DNA of 64,000 bases from the human T2T-CHM13v2.0 reference genome, Homo sapiens (GCF_009914755.1 NC_060932.1), one strand, 5' to 3'. Shown: positions 14,332 through 28,976, numbered from the stretch's first letter. Program-made: numbers and translations. Notes: a model not told the origin generated them from the letters alone.

Positions 14332-16235
14332 GTGAGCATATTCTCTTTTGTGTTATGTATCTATTGATAGATCTCCATCAACACTACAATTCCAGTACTC
14401 TTAGATGGAAATATCTTGAGTTGGACAAAGGGCTATTGAGATAGTGTCACCAGTTTAAGGGTCTCCCAAATTGCTAATTATCCACTAAGACTCCCCTAGG
14501 ACACCTCAAGTCTGCTACATATATTTATATGTATGTGCATTGCTTATGGGAAGAGAAAGACTTTCTTAGGTGAGGGGAATGGAGAAAAGAGCAGAGTGTG
14601 GCAAGCTATGCTGTAAGAATAAAAAGAGACAGTAAGAGTCACACAGAACTAGCATCTCAGAAAATAGAGGTAATAATAACAATAACTGCTTTCTTGAGTG
14701 CATGGAATAGTGCACAACTACTAGCATTATCTCACTGAGTTTACATAATTGTTTATGTAGTATGTAGTTACTATGATAACTAAAGCTTAGAGGAAGTACC
14801 TTGCCCATAGATACAGACCTAATGAGCAGTAGAGCAGGAATGTAGTACAAGCTTCTCTGACTCCTCTATCCACAATACAAACATAATGTGTTTATCTGTT
14901 TTCCAACTTCCAATACTGGTCATTTTTGTTATCCCTTGTCCATTTTTTAATGCTAGTTATCAGAAAAGCCCTTGAAGTGGAAAGGGCTTATGTATTTTCT
15001 GAGACAGTATTAATAAGGTAACTATTATAATTACAGTTAAAATTGGTTTCTTTTTCTTATACTTTCATTTATTGTAACTCAGCAATATTTGCTGTACATT
15101 GTTGGAATCACATAGATGCTGTCTCGTGTTCATCCTCATCTTGTAACACTAGAGGCAAAGGAAATACTTGATATTAACTAACCACACTAATTATAACTTT
15201 GGTTGTAATCTGTACTGAAGATTCTGTCTCTGATATGACTTAGACTGTCATGAATAAGCCAGATCATACAGGGAGAACATAGAGCAATAGTTCTGAACAT
15301 TTTAGTGGTCATAGATTTATTTGTGAATTAAAGTTATGGATCCTAAAATGCCTATGTAGAGGCCGCTGACACCCAAAACATACATGCCATATTATGAGAG
15401 AAGGGTGATTCTCAGTCTCCAGTTCTGTCCTGAAGCTAACTCAGTAGCTCAGTCTTCCTCTTGTACCTGGGATGAAATATGGACAATCCCAATTCATGTA
15501 CATGTTCACAGCCCAGGAATTTGGTCCAATGTGGACAAACATCTGTATTATTCCTGCATCATTTCAATAAGCATTTACCATTCCCATAAGTATTCCAGGC
15601 ACTGAAGCCAAAGAGTGTCAAAGACATGGTCATTGTCCTTAAGACATTCACAGGTAAGTAGGAGAGAAATGCAGGCAAACGATGAGACTAAAATGTGTTG
15701 AGTGCTAGAAGGAGGAAGTGAAAGGGGCAATGGAAACTCGGGAGAGTGACTGCCATGTCTATCCAAGGGCATTGGAAAGACTTCTTATAGGGGAAAATAT
15801 TTCCACTGAGATCTAAAGGGATGAGTAGAAGTTTACCAGGTAGAAAAGACTTTCTAGGCATAAAAGGCTTGGAAGTATAAGAGAAAAGGGCCTGCTCATG
15901 TAGCCACCAGTATAGCTAAAGCATAAACTATGTTGGGAAATATAGTATGAGATGGGCTGGCTGAAAGTTCATGTAACATGTCTTTGTCAACTTTGTGCTG
16001 GCCAGGTGTGTGAGAAGTTGAGGAGAAAAGGAAGGGAGAACAAACGGTAGATATGTGTTCTCTATTTGCTAACTAGAGGTGGGGGTAATTAAATCTGTGA
16101 CTACCTCATAATAGGGCTTTGAAAAATAATTCTTGAATATTGAATAAATAAATGTAAATCTGGCAATATCATATAATTTTGTTGCCTTTTATCTTTTTGA
16201 GATACGTAATGATACTCCTTTTTCTCTCCCTGCAG

Positions 16236-16627
16236 TGATAGCAGGGATTAGGGAAACTGAAGAGAAATTCTACTACATCGTGCAGGAAGAGAAGAACTAC
16301 AGGGAATCCCTAACCCACTGCAGGATTCGGGGTGGAATGCTAGCCATGCCCAAGGATGAAGCTGCCAACACACTCATCGCTGACTATGTTGCCAAGAGTG
16401 GCTTCTTTCGGGTGTTCATTGGCGTGAATGACCTTGAAAGGGAGGGACAGTACATGTTCACAGACAACACTCCACTGCAGAACTATAGCAACTGGAATGA
16501 GGGGGAACCCAGCGACCCCTATGGTCATGAGGACTGTGTGGAGATGCTGAGCTCTGGCAGATGGAATGACACAGAGTGCCATCTTACCATGTACTTTGTC
16601 TGTGAGTTCATCAAGAAGAAAAAGTAA
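16236..16627 (+). CDS. COLEC10: COLEC10 last coding exon (C-type lectin carbohydrate-recognition domain)
   Basis: ctccctgcAG|TG acceptor, ORF 16235..16627. Has the FIGVND, EPS and WND motifs, four CRD cysteines and a C-terminal KKKK followed by TAA. Confidence 0.97.
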
Positions 16628-18712
16628 CTTCCCTCATCCTACGTATTTGCTATTTTCCTGTGACCGTCATTACAGTTATTGTTATCCATCCTTTTTTTCC
16701 TGATTGTACTACATTTGATCTGAGTCAACATAGCTAGAAAATGCTAAACTGAGGTATGGAGCCTCCATCATCATGCTCTTTTGTGATGATTTTCATATTT
16801 TCACACATGGTATATTATTGACCCAATAACTCGCCAGGTTACATGGGTCTTGAGAGAGAATTTTAATTACTAATTGTGCACGAGATAGTTGGTTGTCTAT
16901 ATGTCAAATGAGTTGTTCTCTTGGTATTTGCTCTACCATCTCTCCCTAGAGCACTCTGTGTCTATCCCAGTGGATAATTTCCCAGTTTACTGGTGATGAT
17001 TAGGAAGGTTGTTGATGGTTAGGCTAACCTGCCCTGGCCCAAAGCCAGACATGTACAAGGGCTTTCTGTGAGCAATGATAAGATCTTTGAATCCAAGATG
17101 CCCAGATCTTTTACCAGTCACACCCTATGGCCATGGCTATACTTGGAAGTTCTCCTTGTTGGCACAGACATAGAAATGCTTTAACCCCAAACCTTTATAT
17201 GGGGGACTTCTAGCTTTGTGTCTTGTTTCAGACCATGTGGAATGATAAATACTCTTTTTGTGCTTCTGATCTATCGATTTCACTAACATATACCAAGTAG
17301 GTGCTTTGAACCCCTTTCTGTAGGCTCACACCTTAATCTCAGGCCCCTATATAGTCACACTTTGATTTAAGAAAAATGGAGCTCTTGAAATCAAAAGAAA
17401 AAAATGGGGAATTGTTCACAAACAATACTGGTTATAGTTCTCTTGCTAAATTGCCCACTGCTATTAACTTAACTTCATTTTTATTTATCTTAGGTTTACC
17501 TGCATCAATTTTATTCACCTTAGGCATAGGGAATGAGGGAAGGAGTTTGTGAAGCCTTAAGAAAATTCTGGAAGCTTCAAAGTGCTACCAACATCATCTC
17601 CAGGCCCCCTCATCCTTGCCTCTAACATATCACTAATGGTGACATTTCATGGGAGGCCTTTTACTCTTCATAAATATATGTCATAGAAATCCTACTGGAG
17701 ATGTCCCTTCTAATACTCTGGCATCACAGAAATGTGTGAGGCACAGAATTCGGAACATGCTTAGAACTCACATTTACTGAGCTGGTAAAATTCTACCTTG
17801 AACTGTAGATCAAACCTCAAAGCAGCTTTCACTTGGAATTTAAAAATAAACAGTTCAAAGATACTCTAGATTATCACCCTATAAACTTCTACTCCAGTTA
17901 TGGTTTCTGACATATGATTAGACTGTTTCAAATGCTGGCAAAATGGTTAATGAAGTAAGAGAAACAGATCAACAACATATGTTCACCTTAAACCATCTGT
18001 TCATGATTTCACCCGTGACTAACTGGTTATGAGATAGGACTTAATTAGGTTATTTCTGTGGGTTCAACAAGGGCCATAAACTCAGATCCTACAGGGGCCA
18101 GGCAGATGACTTACCTAAATGAAGTGGAACACGTGGGGACCCTAGTGCACTGAGCACAGCTTGCCCTTCCAAAGGAGCCAGCTGCTCCTCAGTGGCTGCT
18201 GCTGGTGCTAGGGAGGACCCAATCTTGCTAAATGTGCTGATATTTCAAGAGAAGTCAGAAAGCTGGGACTTTGTAACATAAGCTCATATTTTAATATGTT
18301 GGCAACTAATTAATTTTTAACCCAAATTTTAAGTGGGTTAAAAATTAATTAAAATTAAAGATTTGAGGTCAAAAGTCTTCTAGCTAAAGTTGTGATCATT
18401 TCATTTCTTACTTCTGGAGGAAGGTTCAGAAGGTTCTAACCAAATAGAATGTCATTAGGATATGATGACATGAAAGTCAAGATATCCCATTAATACCATA
18501 TTCAATTCAGCTTAATAATAGGAATTTGTTATATGTTTGACATTTATCAGGTTACTAGTTAAACTCTTTTGAGATGATAGTACATGACACTTTAAAGGCA
18601 GAAAAGCTTAATAAAAATTACAAAGTAGGACATCAAACGCCAGTATCCTTGGATAGAAAGCCATCCCAGATCATGAGGAATGAAAACCTAGAAACACCTG
18701 TAGGAAAATAAA
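16628..18712 (+). other. COLEC10: COLEC10 3' UTR region (3' end uncertain)
   Basis: Follows the stop codon. Canonical AATAAA hexamers at 17845-17850, 18610-18615 and 18707-18712. The site actually used cannot be determined from sequence. Confidence 0.55.
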
Positions 18713-19525
18713 GCTCATATGTAAGAAGAGAGGAAGGAGAGACATGCAGCAAATGTTGCCTACGGGCAACTTCATGTTAAGGATCCATGTTCTGATTTGT
18801 TCTAAGCCCCCAAAGTATGAGTATTTATTGTGTGCACTGTTAGTGCTATTATTATTTACTGTGAATGTTATAATAATAGTTCTCTCAATGACTCATGTTG
18901 TCTGTGATGCTTCCAAGAGAGATAACAGAACTTCAACAAATAAGTTATATCCTGCAACCTTGCCTGAAAGAAATTTTGAAGACACCACACACTTAATTAA
19001 AATTACTACAAAAACTCAAATTTGTGAAGCACGTTGTGCTTTAAAAAATGCCTTCACATATCAATTTTCATTTGATTCTGATAAACTCTGTGAAGGACGA
19101 AAAACAGTCATTTTTACTGCCACTTCCCAGTGATACTACTGAGGCCCAAGGAAGCTAAGCAATTTACCAAAATCAGCTCACATATAAATGAATGCCATTA
19201 GCCTGCTGATTGAAACTGCCAATGCAGTGTCTTCTCCAATTTCTGTGCATTGCTCATGTATTGAATGGAAGTTCATCCACAATGGTCTTGTGATAGCAGG
19301 GGCTCAAACAACTTATCTGTACTACATTCCAAAGTTAAAGATGAGGATTAATTAACAGAGATGCTGGATACAGCAACTTGCCTTACAAATTTAGTGTTCA
19401 CTGTTTTGTTTTTCAATTCACAAACGTCCACATAGGCATTAGTGTTGAGGAGGTGACTTACGGCAGCCACAGTACAATTCTGCAGATAACTAGAGTTATA
19501 GGGCAATCAAAGCAGATACATAAAA

Positions 19526-22500
19526 ATCAATTTTGTTAGTCTTTTCAAAATACCAGCTCCTCAATTCCTGGACTTTTTGATGGGTTTTTCATGTCTCTAT
19601 CTCCTTCAGTTCTGCGCTGATCATAGTTATTTCTTGTCTTCTTCTAGCTTTTGAATTTGCTTGCTCTCACTTCTCTAGTTCTTTTAATTTTGATGTTAGG
19701 GTGTTGATATTAGATATTTCCTGCTTTCTCCTGTTGGCATTTAGTGCTATAAATTTCCCTCTAAACACTGCTTTAGCTGTGTCTCAGAGATTCTGGTATG
19801 TTGTGTATTTGTTCTCATTGGTTTCAAAGAACTTATTTATTTCTGCCCTAATTTTGTTATTCAACCAATAGTCAGTCATTCAGGAGCAGGTTGTTCAGTT
19901 TCCATGTAGTTGTGTGGTTTTGAGTGAGTTTTTTAACCCTGAGTTCTAACTTGATTGCGCTGTGGTCTGAGAGACTGTTTGTTATGATTTCCATTAGTTT
20001 GCATTTGCTGAGGAGTGTTTTACTTCCAATTATGTGGTCAGTTTTAGAGTAAGTGCAATGTGGTGTTGAGAAGAATGTATATTCTGTTGATTTGGGGTGG
20101 AAAGTTCTGTAAATGTCTGTTATATCTGATAACAAGTTCTGAAATTGAGGCAGTAATTAAGAGCCTACCAACCAAAAAAAAGCTCAAGACTAGACAGATT
20201 CATAGCTGAATTCTACCAGAGGTACAAAAAGGAGCTGGTGACATTCCTTCAGAAACTATTCCAGACAATAGAAAAAGAGGGACTCCTTCCTAACTCATTT
20301 TATGAGGCCAGCATCATCCTGATACCAAAACCTGGCAGAGAAACAACAACAACAAAAATTTCAGGCCAATATCCTTAATGAACATTGAAGTGAATATCCT
20401 CAATACAATATTGGCAAACCGAATCCAGCATCAGAAAGCCTATCCACCATGATCAAGTCGGTGTCATCCCTGGGATGCAAGGCTAGTTCAACATATGCAA
20501 ACCAATAAACATAATCCATCACATAAACAGAACCAATGACAAAAACCACATGATTATCTCAATAGATGCAGAAAATGCCTTTGATAAAATTCAACACCCC
20601 TTTATGCTAAAAACTCTCAATAAACTATTTAGTGATAGAACATTTCTCAAAATAATAAAACTATTTATGACAAACTCACAGCCAATATCATACTGAATAG
20701 GCAAAAGCTAGAACCATTCCCTTTGAAAATGGGCACAAGACAAGGATGCCCTTTCTCACCACTCCTATTCAACATAGTATTGGAAGTTCGGGCCAGAGCA
20801 ATCAAGCAAAAGAAAGAAATAAAGGGCATTCAAATAGGAAGAGAGGACCTCAAATTGTCTCTGTTTGCAGATGACATAATTGTGTATTTAGAAAACCCCA
20901 TGGTCTCAGCCCAAAATCTCCTTAAGCTGATAAACAACTTCAGCAAAGTCTCAGGATACAAAATCAATGTGCAAAAATCACAAGCATTCCAATACACCAA
21001 TAATAGACAAACAGAGAGCCAAATCATGAGTGAACTTCCATTCACAATTGCTACAAAGAGAATAAAATACCTAAGAATCCAACTTACAGGGATGTGAAGG
21101 ACCTCTTCAAGAACTACAAACCATGGTTCAAGGAAATCAGAGAGGACACAAACAAATGGAAAAATATTCCATGCTCATGAATGGAAGAATCAATATCGTG
21201 AAAATGGCCATACTGCCCAAAGTAGTTTGTAGATTCAATGCTATTCCCATCAAGCTACCACTGACTTTCTTCACAGAATTAGAAAAAACTACTTTAAATT
21301 TCATATGGAACCAAAAAATAGCCCGTATAGCCAAGACAATCCTAAGCAAAAAGGACAAAACTGGAGGCATCACGTTACCTGAATTCAAACTATACTACAA
21401 GTTTTCAGTAACCAAAACAGCATGGTATTTGTACCAAAACAGGTATATAGACTAATGGAACAGAACAGAGGCCTCAGAAATAACGCTACACAATTAAAAC
21501 CATCTGATCTTTGACAAATCTGACAGAAATGAGCAATGGGGAAAGGATTCCCTATTTTAAAAATGTGTTGGGAAAACTGGTTAGCCATATGCAGAAAAAT
21601 GAAATTGGACCCCTTTTTTACACCTTATACAAAAATTAACTCAAGATGGATTAAAGACTTAAATGTAAGACCTAAAACCATAAAAACCCTAGAAGAAAAC
21701 CTAGGCAATACCATTCAAGACATAGGCATGGGCAAAGACTTCATTACTAAAACACCAAAAGTAATGGAACAGAAGCCAGAATTAACCAATGGGGTCTAAT
21801 TAAACTAAAGAGCTTCTGCACAGCAAAAGAAACTATCATTAGAGTGAACAGGCAACCTACAGAATGGGAGAAAATTTTTGCAATCTATCCATCTGACAAA
21901 GGGCTAATATCCAGGATCTACAAGGAACTTAAATTTACAAGAGAAAAACCCCATCAATAAGTGGGTGATATGAATAGACACTTCCTAAAAGAAGACATTT
22001 ATGTGGTCAACAGACAGACGAAAAAAAGCTCATCATCACTGGTTATTAGAGAAATGCAAATCAAACCACAATGAGATAACATCTCACACCAGTTACAATG
22101 GCAATCATTAAAAAGTCAGGAAACAACAGATGCTGGAGAGGATGTGGAGAAATAGGAATGCTTTTACACTGTCAGTGGGAGTGTAAATTAGTTCAACCAT
22201 TGTGGAAGACAGTGCAGTGATTCCTCAAGGATCTAGAACCAGAAATACCATTTGACCCAGCAATCCCATTACTGGGTATATACCCAAAGGATTATAAATC
22301 ATTCTACTATAAAGACACAAGCAAATGCATGTTTATTGCAGCACTTTTCAAAATAGCAAAGACTTGGAACCAACCCAAATGCCCATCAATGATAGACTGG
22401 ATAAAGGAAATGTGGCACATATACACCTTGGAATACTATGCAGCTATAAAAGAGGATGAATTCTTGTCTTTTGCAGGGACATGGATGAAGCTGGAAACCA

Positions 22501-22785
22501 TCATTCTTAGCAAACTAACACAGGAACAGAAAACCAAACACTGCATGATCTCACTCATAAGTGGGAGTTGAACAATGAGAACACATGGACACAGGGAGGG
22601 GAACATCACACACTGGGCCTCTTAGGTGGGTGGGGGGCTAGGGGAGGGATAACATTAGGAGAAATACCTAATGTAGATGACAGGTTGATGGGTGCAGCAA
22701 ACCACCATGGCACATGTATACCTATGTAACAAACCTGCACATTCTCCACACGTATCTCAGAACTTAAAGTATAATTAAAAAAAAA
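19526..22785 (+). mobile_element. 5'-truncated, 5'-inverted L1PA (ORF2 remnant)
   Basis: Antisense L1 ~19526-20127 (endonuclease-region ORF 19872..20135), then sense L1 20128-22785 (RT fragments 20723..21097, 21123..21455, 22329..22571), G-rich 3' UTR and poly-A. TSD aaaaatcaa at 19522-19530 and 22781-22789. Confidence 0.93.
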
Positions 22786-25700
22786 TCAAGATTTGCCCCA
22801 AGCAAAAATAAGCATGTAATTATTTTCCTCATAAAAGAATTCACTAGAGAAGTGAGTCACTGCGCAAACATAGTAGAAAGTTGTACACCCTTGTTATAGA
22901 AAGATATAGCAAACGCTGATTGCACTTTGGACAACTCACTCACAAACACTGCTGGCATTTTAAACAGTGCATTTCATCCTGCTTAGATCTGTGTTACCCA
23001 AATATGAGCAGCTCTAATTGTCCTTAATCAAACAATTTCCAGGTCTTTGGATTGTATCCTTTGAGGCAACAAGATACTTGTGAAATGGTAAAAGTAAACT
23101 AAACAGCATCACTCACAGCATCAACATATTGAGACTAAATTTTCTCAGGTATTATCAATGATAGGAAAATGACAGTGTGATTCCTTCCAGGGTAGTACTG
23201 GTTTGACAGCATCACTTAGAAATTTTGCAACTGCCTGAAGGTCACACCAACTGTGCTTCTTACTAGTTGTTCATATTAGGAGAATATCTTAAGTGCTCTA
23301 AACTTTGTTTTTCTAATCTACATAGTTCTTCCCCACATAATGTGATGAATAAAAGAAGCAATGTAAGGAGGTATTTAACGGAGTACCAGCAAAATAAGTT
23401 ACATGAATGCAAAAAAACTTAGCCATTACTACCAACTACATCTACTGCCAGACTCATGTTGAAAAGAAAACATATTTTAACACATATTAAAACTTACCTA
23501 TGTGAATATATGTCTATCATATATATACTATACATACAACATATATATGCATATACTAAGTGTGTGTGTGTACAGCACAATAAATTTTTTATACTTATTT
23601 ATAGATAAAATTTTTATGTGAGGAAAGGTGAACAAATTTGCCAAAAGTTGTACTGCTTGTTAGAATTAGACCTGAAGTCCATCACTGGATATGATTGATT
23701 CTAAAACTATCTATACCTTTTTATAGGATGCAATTTATCTGAACCTATGGTGATCACATAAAATTAACTATTTTCTACTTAAAAATGAAATAATTAACTT
23801 GTATCTCCTTGGGGTTGTAAGGCCTTCATAATATAGCCAAATCCTTTAAAATTCATGTGTTGGGGGGACATCTGACATGTCCTTTCACGTGGGATTGAAG
23901 GAAAGGAGCCACTGGCCACAGATATTGTACATATGGATCTTTTTATGAACATAAGACTTTATTTTGCTGTTTCCCTAATACATAGTCATGCAGTTCATAT
24001 TTGAACATTTTTGGTAATCTGGTAAGCCTATTTAAAAGTTTTTCTTATAGTGACCTAAAATATACTTTTCTCTGATTTCCGTTCCTTCCTTTTCTTCTGC
24101 TGTTTATAACTCTGGGAAGTCTGGTGCTGACACAAGCTGGAGCACCAAGAGCAGAGTCTTAAAGAAAAGACAAATAGGAAAGGGAATAACTGTCCTTACT
24201 ATAGACACAAAGGTGAATAAATAGGACTACACAAACCTCAAGACCTAGATCATATGCTCCATACTCAATACGTTTAAATTTTGTTGGTGAAACACAAGAG
24301 ACAAATGTGGAGAACGAATTGTATTCAAAGCCAACTGCAACATCTCAAACATAACTAGTCTATTAGAAGGTGGTGCATGGTAGACAGGGTTCAACCCCCA
24401 GAGGAGGAAGTCTTTAAAAGGGAGATGGTTGGTAAGGCACCCTTGAGAGGGTTCAGAGCAGGGGCCCAGTGCCAGTGGGAGAATGAAGTCAAAATCGGAG
24501 CTCAAATGCATGATGCCTACACGGTGAACAATTAGAAAGGCTATAGCTTAGATGACTAGTAGAGTTTGTTAACTCATTAACTCATCAAAAATGTTTATGG
24601 AGTATCTGATATGCTTTAGGCAGCACCCTGATAAGTGGTAGAGACACAATAGAGAAGAAGACAGATCAGATCTTTAGCCTTCAGATTCACTGACTATCAA
24701 GCCTATGGCATTGAGGCTCAAGATTCAATTGTCAGGATTATATTAATCTACCCTATTTTTATACGTATGTTATGTTGCAGCATCATAGCTCTCAAAAATA
24801 TACTGAAATAAGGCAAAAAAAATTGTAGAACTGCATCACCCTTTCTTGAAGAATAACATTGACACATCTGTTCAAATACATTAACATGCCCATTTTGTCT
24901 TACTCATTATGATGTGAACAAGGTGTTCCCATGTCATTGTAAATACCCACACCATTTCCTCCCAAGATAGAATGAATCCTTGTGGTTGTGCATGAATGAG
25001 CGTTGGCAAGTGGCAAATGTTCTTTTGACTTAGTTTTCCCTAGTGATCTACACTTGACATTCAGTGAAACTCAGATTTGGCATAGATTATCACTTTCATA
25101 ATGAAATAAGGAGGGGTAGGGAGAAAGGGAGAAGTGAGTCAGTCATTTTATAATGCATTAAAATGTGAGCACAGCAATTCCAAATTAATCACCATGTTGA
25201 TGACTGCAGCTGGGAGATAATGCAGACTAATGGGTGTTTATACAATTTTAAAGCTATATAGCACTTTGACCTACTTTTTTTTTACTTTAGAACGACTAAA
25301 CTGATTAATTTATCAATGTTAATCCTTCCTCTTTGTGTAAATGTAGTTGACAGCCCTTTGGGAGAGGTGTTGGAGATGCTAACTGTCTACAATTCAATCC
25401 ACCTATTGATGTGTTGATGGAATGCTAGGCTTAGGAAGGGTACTCATAACCCCTGTTATGATGTGTAAAAAAATCCAGGAAGGTACAGAAGTACTTTTGA
25501 AGTCTTGATCAAATGAAGTAAGGGGAGCTATAACTTCAAAACACATTCCATTTAAATCCAACAAGGTCTAGGTTAATATTTTTACTAAGAAGTGTTGTCT
25601 ACATACTATAAAATTTTGGTTGACCGTTCCCTAGTAGATGACAACTTCACATGGCTATTTCCTGAATAAACTCAGAGAAGGTGATTCTAGAGAAAGCTTA

Positions 25701-26980
25701 CCAGGAGAAATAGATGTGTTTTAGAAGTGGATACTTTCTGGAAATGTTTATGTTTAAAAATACTTTTCCCCAAATTCTCTGTTTTGTATGATCTTTGATT
25801 TTGCTGACTTTGGTCAGTCCATTTTCAGGGATGTAAACTGTGCGATTGATGAAGGATTATTGTATGGAACTTACAGACACTATACTTTCTTTTTCACAGA
25901 AGAAGTACATTGTTTTTTCTCTAAACTTTAGGGGAAAATACCTAAAGGACCTAAAGACTAAAGAACAAAATTAAAAAACACAAGTAGCTATTGCCAGTTT
26001 TGATCTCTATATTTGACATAAAAAAGGAAATAAATTGATATATTTTAAAAATGCATTTGAGACACTAGAATGAAATATCAAAAAGGGACAGTTTCTGAAA
26101 AAGGCTGAAAAATATTCCTTCTGGGTTTCCTAACCCTAAATCCTTCAGAATAGAGAGATTTTATAAAAAGAGTAAGTAAAGGATGTCAGGGAGTAAATAA
26201 ATATGGTTGTGTCTTCATATTTGAAAGTGCAGAAGAGAAAATACTTTACCACTTCTTTCCTTAGATTATCTATCTCATCAGGGATGGGATGGGGCATTAT
26301 ACAACTGCTTCTCTTCAAAAATGTTTTAAGTTTCCTCTGTCCTTATATTTCAGAAAATTCAATAGCTCAATGCGCACTAATATTTTGGCCTCACCTTTTC
26401 ATGGCCCTATGAATTATCTAGATATTTGCAAGGTGAATTTATATATGAGGCAAAGGATGTGCCTTTTTTATTACCACAAATTCTCAGTTACAAATGGACA
26501 TAAAAATACTTAATATCTGGGCTCTGGTATGCAAAATTTATTTCACTGGCAATATTTATGTTTAAATTGCTAGCAATCACTGCTAAATTTGCATGCTGGG
26601 ATTCTGAAACATACCTGCAATAACAATCTGTCTGGTACCTTAATTCCTAAGAATTACAAGCCATAGTTGTTGAAGAATATCCTCACATTTTGCAGAAGTG
26701 TAATTACCACATACCCATTGGGATTATAGATTCACAGCTTCCTTACTCTTAACATGGCTTTTTCCTTTGACATCCAATAATCAAGGGTAAAAGGCAAATT
26801 CATCTGTTTTGTGCTTAGATCACTAAAAGTTAACTCACTCTCATTTAGGTTTATGTGCTCTTATTCTAGTGGATCTTGGAGGGAACCTTTAATCTACTGA
26901 ATCTCCTTCCCATGAAGCTCAATAAATCCTACCTCAATTCACCAAAACTGGACAAAGTGCTGTTTTAACTGGTGTCCCAG

Positions 26981-28976
26981 TGTATCAGCTGGCTCTTACA
27001 CTGCTATAAAGAACTACCTGAGACTGAGTAATTTATGAAGCAAAGAGGTTAAATTGACTCACAGTTTTATAGGCTTTACAGGAAGCATGGTTGGGGAAGC
27101 TTCAGGAAACTTAACAATCACAGCAGGAGAGCAAAGGGGAAGCAAGCACTGTCTTCACATGGTGCAGCAGGAGAGAGAAAGAAAAAGGGGAAGTGACACA
27201 TACTTTTAAACAATCAGATCTCCTGAGAACTCACTCACTATCGTGGGAACAGCAGCAAGGAAATCTGTCCCCATGATCCAATCACCTCCCACTAGTTCCC
27301 TTCCCCAACATTAGGGATTACAGTTCAACATGAGATTTGGGTGGGGACACAGAGCCAAGCCATATCATTCTGCCCCTGGCCCCTCCCAAATCTCATGTCC
27401 TTCTCACATTTCAAAACCAATCATGCCTTCCCAACAGTCTGCCAGAATCTTAACTAATTCCAGCATTAACTCAAAAGTCCAAGTCCAAAGTCTTTTCTGA
27501 AACAATGCAACTCCCTTCTGCCTATGAGCCTGTATAATCAAAATCAAGTTAGTTACTGCCAAGATACAATGGGGGTATAGGCATTGGGTACATGCTACCA
27601 TTCCAAAAAGGAGAAATTGGCCAAAACAAAGGGGTTACAGGCCCCATGTGAGTCCAAAACCCAGCAGGGCAGTCATTAAATCTTAAAGCTCCAAAATAAT
27701 CTCCGACTCCATGTCTCACATTCAGATCATGCTGATGCAAGGAGTGAGCTCCCAAGACTCCACCTCTGTGTCTCTGCAGGGTACAGGCCTTGCAGCTACT
27801 TTCACAGGCTGGTGTTAAGTGCCTGTGGCTTTTCCAGGCACATGGTACAAGCTATCAGTGAATCTACCATTCTGGGGTCTGGAGGATGGTGGCCCTCTTC
27901 TCAGAGCTCCACTAGGCAGTGCCCTAGTGAGGACTCTGTGTTGGGGCTCCAACCCCACATTTCCCCTCTGCAGTCCCTTAGTAGAAGTTCTCCATGAGGG
28001 CTCCACCCCTGTGCAGATTTCTGCCTGGACATCCAGGCATTTCTATAAATCCTCTGAAATCTAGGAATAGGCCCCCAAAACTCAACTCTCGCCTTCTGCA
28101 CACCTACAGGCCCAAAACCATGTGGAAGCTGCCAAGGCTTGGGGCTTGCACCCTCTGAAGCAGTGGCCTGAGCTATACCTTGGCCCATTTTAGCCAAGAT
28201 ACATTCTTTCACCAGATACGCTAAATCATCTCCCTAAAGTTCAAAGTTTCACAGATCTCTAGAGCAGAGGCAGAATGCCACCAGTCTCTTTGCTAAAGCA
28301 TAGCAAAAGTGACCGTTGCTCCAGTTCCCAATAAGTTCCTCATCTCCATCTAAGACCTCCTCAGCTGGGACTTCACTGTCCACATCACTATCAGCATTTT
28401 GATCACAAGCATTCAACAAGTCTCTAGGAAGTTCCAAACTTCCCCTCATTTTCCCATCTTCTTCTGATCCCTCCAAACTGTTCCAACCTCTGCCCATTAC
28501 CCAATTCCAAAGTTGCTTCAACATTTTCAGAGATCTTTATAGCAATGCCCCACTTACCTGGTACCAATTCTCTGTATTAATCCATTCTGACACTGCAAAA
28601 AAAAAAAAAAAAAAAAAAAAACTACATGAGACTGAGTAATTTGTGAAGAAAAGATGTTTAATCTTCCTGTACAGCAGTTCCACAGCTATACAGAAAAGAT
28701 GGCTGGGGAGGCCTCAGAAAACTTACAATCATGGCAGAAGTGTGAAGGGGAAGCAAGCACCTTCTTCACATGGTGGAGTGGGAGAGAGAGAGTGAAAGGG
28801 GAAGTGGTATGCAATTATAAACAACCAGTTCTCATGAGACTCACTCACTGTCATGAGAACAGCAAGGGAGAAATCCACCTCCATGACCAATCCCCACCAG
28901 GCCACCCCACACTGCAACATTAAGGATTACAGCTCAACATGAGATTTGGGTGGAGAAAAAGAGCCAAACCATATCA
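26981..28976 (-). mobile_element. THE1/MST-family MaLR element with two LTRs and internal region
   Basis: LTRs at 26981-27367 and 28573-28976 (TG...CA ends), internal region 27368-28572, 5-bp TSD CCCAG at 26976-26980 and 28977-28981. Confidence 0.92.

Noticed and set aside
16613-16627. C-terminal KKKK as a KKxx ER-retrieval signal
   Set aside because: CL-L1 is a soluble luminal/secreted protein, and KKxx works only on cytosolic tails of membrane proteins.
18744-19133. 129-aa ATG ORF with a hydrophobic stretch (also 11482..11886 and 35640..35999)
   Set aside because: No recognisable domain or supporting gene structure, and the lengths are compatible with chance in 64 kb.
19872-22571. Reverse-transcriptase/endonuclease-like ORFs here and at 30153-31245 and 50188-53554
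   Set aside because: Fragmented L1 ORF2 relics with frameshifts and stops. Not an active element or a novel RT system.
27404-28923. Cluster of ORFs in the THE1 internal region and LTR
   Set aside because: Typical decayed MaLR sequence with no intact gag-like frame.
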